From Hymenobacter norwichensis DSM 15439 (GTDB lineage: Bacteria; Bacteroidota; Bacteroidia; Cytophagales; Hymenobacteraceae): a stretch of 32,000 bases of DNA. The stretch is taken from NCBI RefSeq assembly GCF_000420705.1, contig NZ_ATVL01000006.1, positions 712,267-744,266 on the forward strand. The letters are read 5' to 3'. Every line of letters starts with the position of its first letter. Within the stretch, counting starts at the first letter, position 1. Below are positions 30,922 to 32,000 of the stretch, piece after piece. The position numbers and the translations under genes were made by a program. Below the pieces are notes generated by a model. That model searched no databases. It saw only the letters and a list, made by a program, of their open reading frames with translations, and had not been told where the DNA came from.

Positions 30922-32000
30922 TTAGAAAGGATTCCACCGGGTAACGGGCTTTTCCGGCGCGGCCGTTGGGGCTACGGGATTCTCGTTGATAAAGGTTTTC
31001 CAACCTTCCTTGTTTTTGCCGATGTACTCGAGCTGGGTGAGTTGGCGGAATACGTTGGCCACCAACTGCCACAAGCTGTATTGCTGCTCCAGGTGCTCGT
31101 GCACGCGGTGGTGGTCGTAGCGCATGGTCACGGCGTTGCTCAGCGCATTAAGCAAGGTAGCCGGCAGCGTTTCCGACCATTGCTCGAAGTATTTCAGCAT
31201 TTCTTCCCGCTCGGCTTCGGTTAAGCAGTCGATGGCCGTTTTCACTTGCTTGGCTAGGCGCAGCAGCGTATCGAGGAGCTGAATGGGCGGTTGCTCGGCG
31301 GCGCTCAGGTGCAGCGTAGTTAAGTGCTGGGCCAGTGCAAACACCGTTCGCTCGGCCAGGAACTGCACTTGGTCGGCTAAGTGGCTTCTCTTGTCGGTAC
31401 GCAGCTTCACTTTATGAATAATCTTGAAGCCGTCGGTTTCTATTTCCTGTAGCACATGCTCCAACTGATGTAGCCACTTTAGCAGGGCTGGGTGGCTGGT
31501 GAGGGCTGTGCTGGGCGGAATAAACTGCGTGACTGGGCGCAAGTTGCCATCGATGTAGAGCAGCTCGCCCACCACCAAATGAAACGAACTGACCGAGGCG
31601 GTATTCACTTGCTGGGTAGGCACCACACTCAGCTGGTAGTCAGGGCGGGTGTAGGGATGGCGCGGTGGCACTTCCTCGGGCGCTGGCTGGCCCATCGGTA
31701 CCCGCAGGTAGGGGTTCACCGTCACAACCACGCTGAACCGAAGCTGCTCGGTAGGGGCGGGTAAGTTGAACTCGGTGAGCAGCTGGGCCAGGCTGGTGCG
31801 CAGGGTAAGAGGCTCGTTGCCCCCTGTCAGTTCGATGCGTGCCCCGCCGGCCGTAACGGCGCGGCAGTGCGTCAGGCGGGCCGTAATACCCTGCTGCTGG
31901 TCCACGTTGAGCAGCAGCTCGAACGACGACAAGCCGTGGTCGTCGGCAGGGAGCAGGCCGTAGCGGTGTGCGCTTAGGCCTACGGCAGTGGCGTCGCGCA
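30922..32000 (-). CDS. tssK: T6SS baseplate subunit TssK; N-terminal end runs off the window end
   Basis: The track starts it at a TTG at 31932. The same frame stays open to position 32000 (...RDATAVGLSAHRYGLLPADDHGLSSFELLLNVD...), so the gene is 5'-truncated by the window. Position upstream of the TssO-like gene, tssE and tssF, and length over 359 aa, fit TssK. Confidence 0.65.
   Translation of the reverse strand, partial: RDATAVGLSAHRYGLLPADDHGLSSFELLLNVDQQQGITARLTHCRAVTAGGARIELTGGNEPLTLRTSLAQLLTEFNLPAPTEQLRFSVVVTVNPYLRVPMGQPAPEEVPPRHPYTRPDYQLSVVPTQQVNTASVSSFHLVVGELLYIDGNLRPVTQFIPPSTALTSHPALLKWLHQLEHVLQEIETDGFKIIHKVKLRTDKRSHLADQVQFLAERTVFALAQHLTTLHLSAAEQPPIQLLDTLLRLAKQVKTAIDCLTEAEREEMLKYFEQWSETLPATLLNALSNAVTMRYDHHRVHEHLEQQYSLWQLVANVFRQLTQLEYIGKNKEGWKTFINENPVAPTAAPEKPVTRWNPF

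Overview
This window looks like a high-GC Bacteroidota chromosome, possibly Hymenobacter/Cytophagia-like. That taxon call is only an inference from protein styles and composition. There are four blocks.

(1) 1-3874, minus strand: a tightly packed six-gene membrane-stress operon. It encodes a YbjN-like protein, PspA/IM30, a small 2-TM protein, a YqiJ/NfeD-like protein, a bacterial PH-domain protein and a flotillin. The flotillin runs off the window start and is missing from the ORF track.

(2) 4054-6713: an XRE/S24-like regulator whose S24 catalytic dyad appears substituted. It is followed by an unrecognisable 340-aa protein with a C-terminal glycine-rich hydrophobic hairpin and a 4-TM partner. 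This pair is divergent from vgrG and is a candidate novel effector/immunity pair.

(3) 6874-20964, plus strand: a type VI secretion cargo island.
- vgrG, then an unknown 278-aa gene, then a 1392-aa effector (DUF4280 PAAR-like domain, TM segment, Rhs cage, GIY-YIG-like nuclease tip), then an LRR immunity candidate.
- A decayed N-terminally truncated orphan rhs with a WHH (HNH/EndoVII) nuclease tip and an intact low-GC SMI1/KNR4 immunity gene.
- A second orphan tip with an unrecognised C-terminal domain, then two frameshifted SUKH/SMI1-like immunity pseudogenes.
- A sharply bounded 190-bp near-identical tract that links the main rhs to the orphan.

(4) 21042-32000: Bacteroidetes-type (T6SSiii) core genes hcp/tssD, tssC, tssB (minus), clpV/tssH (plus), a secreted ankyrin-repeat protein (plus), then tssF, tssE, a TM/coiled-coil TssO-like protein and tssK (minus; tssK runs off the window end). 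No tssG follows tssF.

No rRNA, tRNA, CRISPR array, transposase or integrase was seen. All family assignments come from reading motifs by eye; no searches were run.
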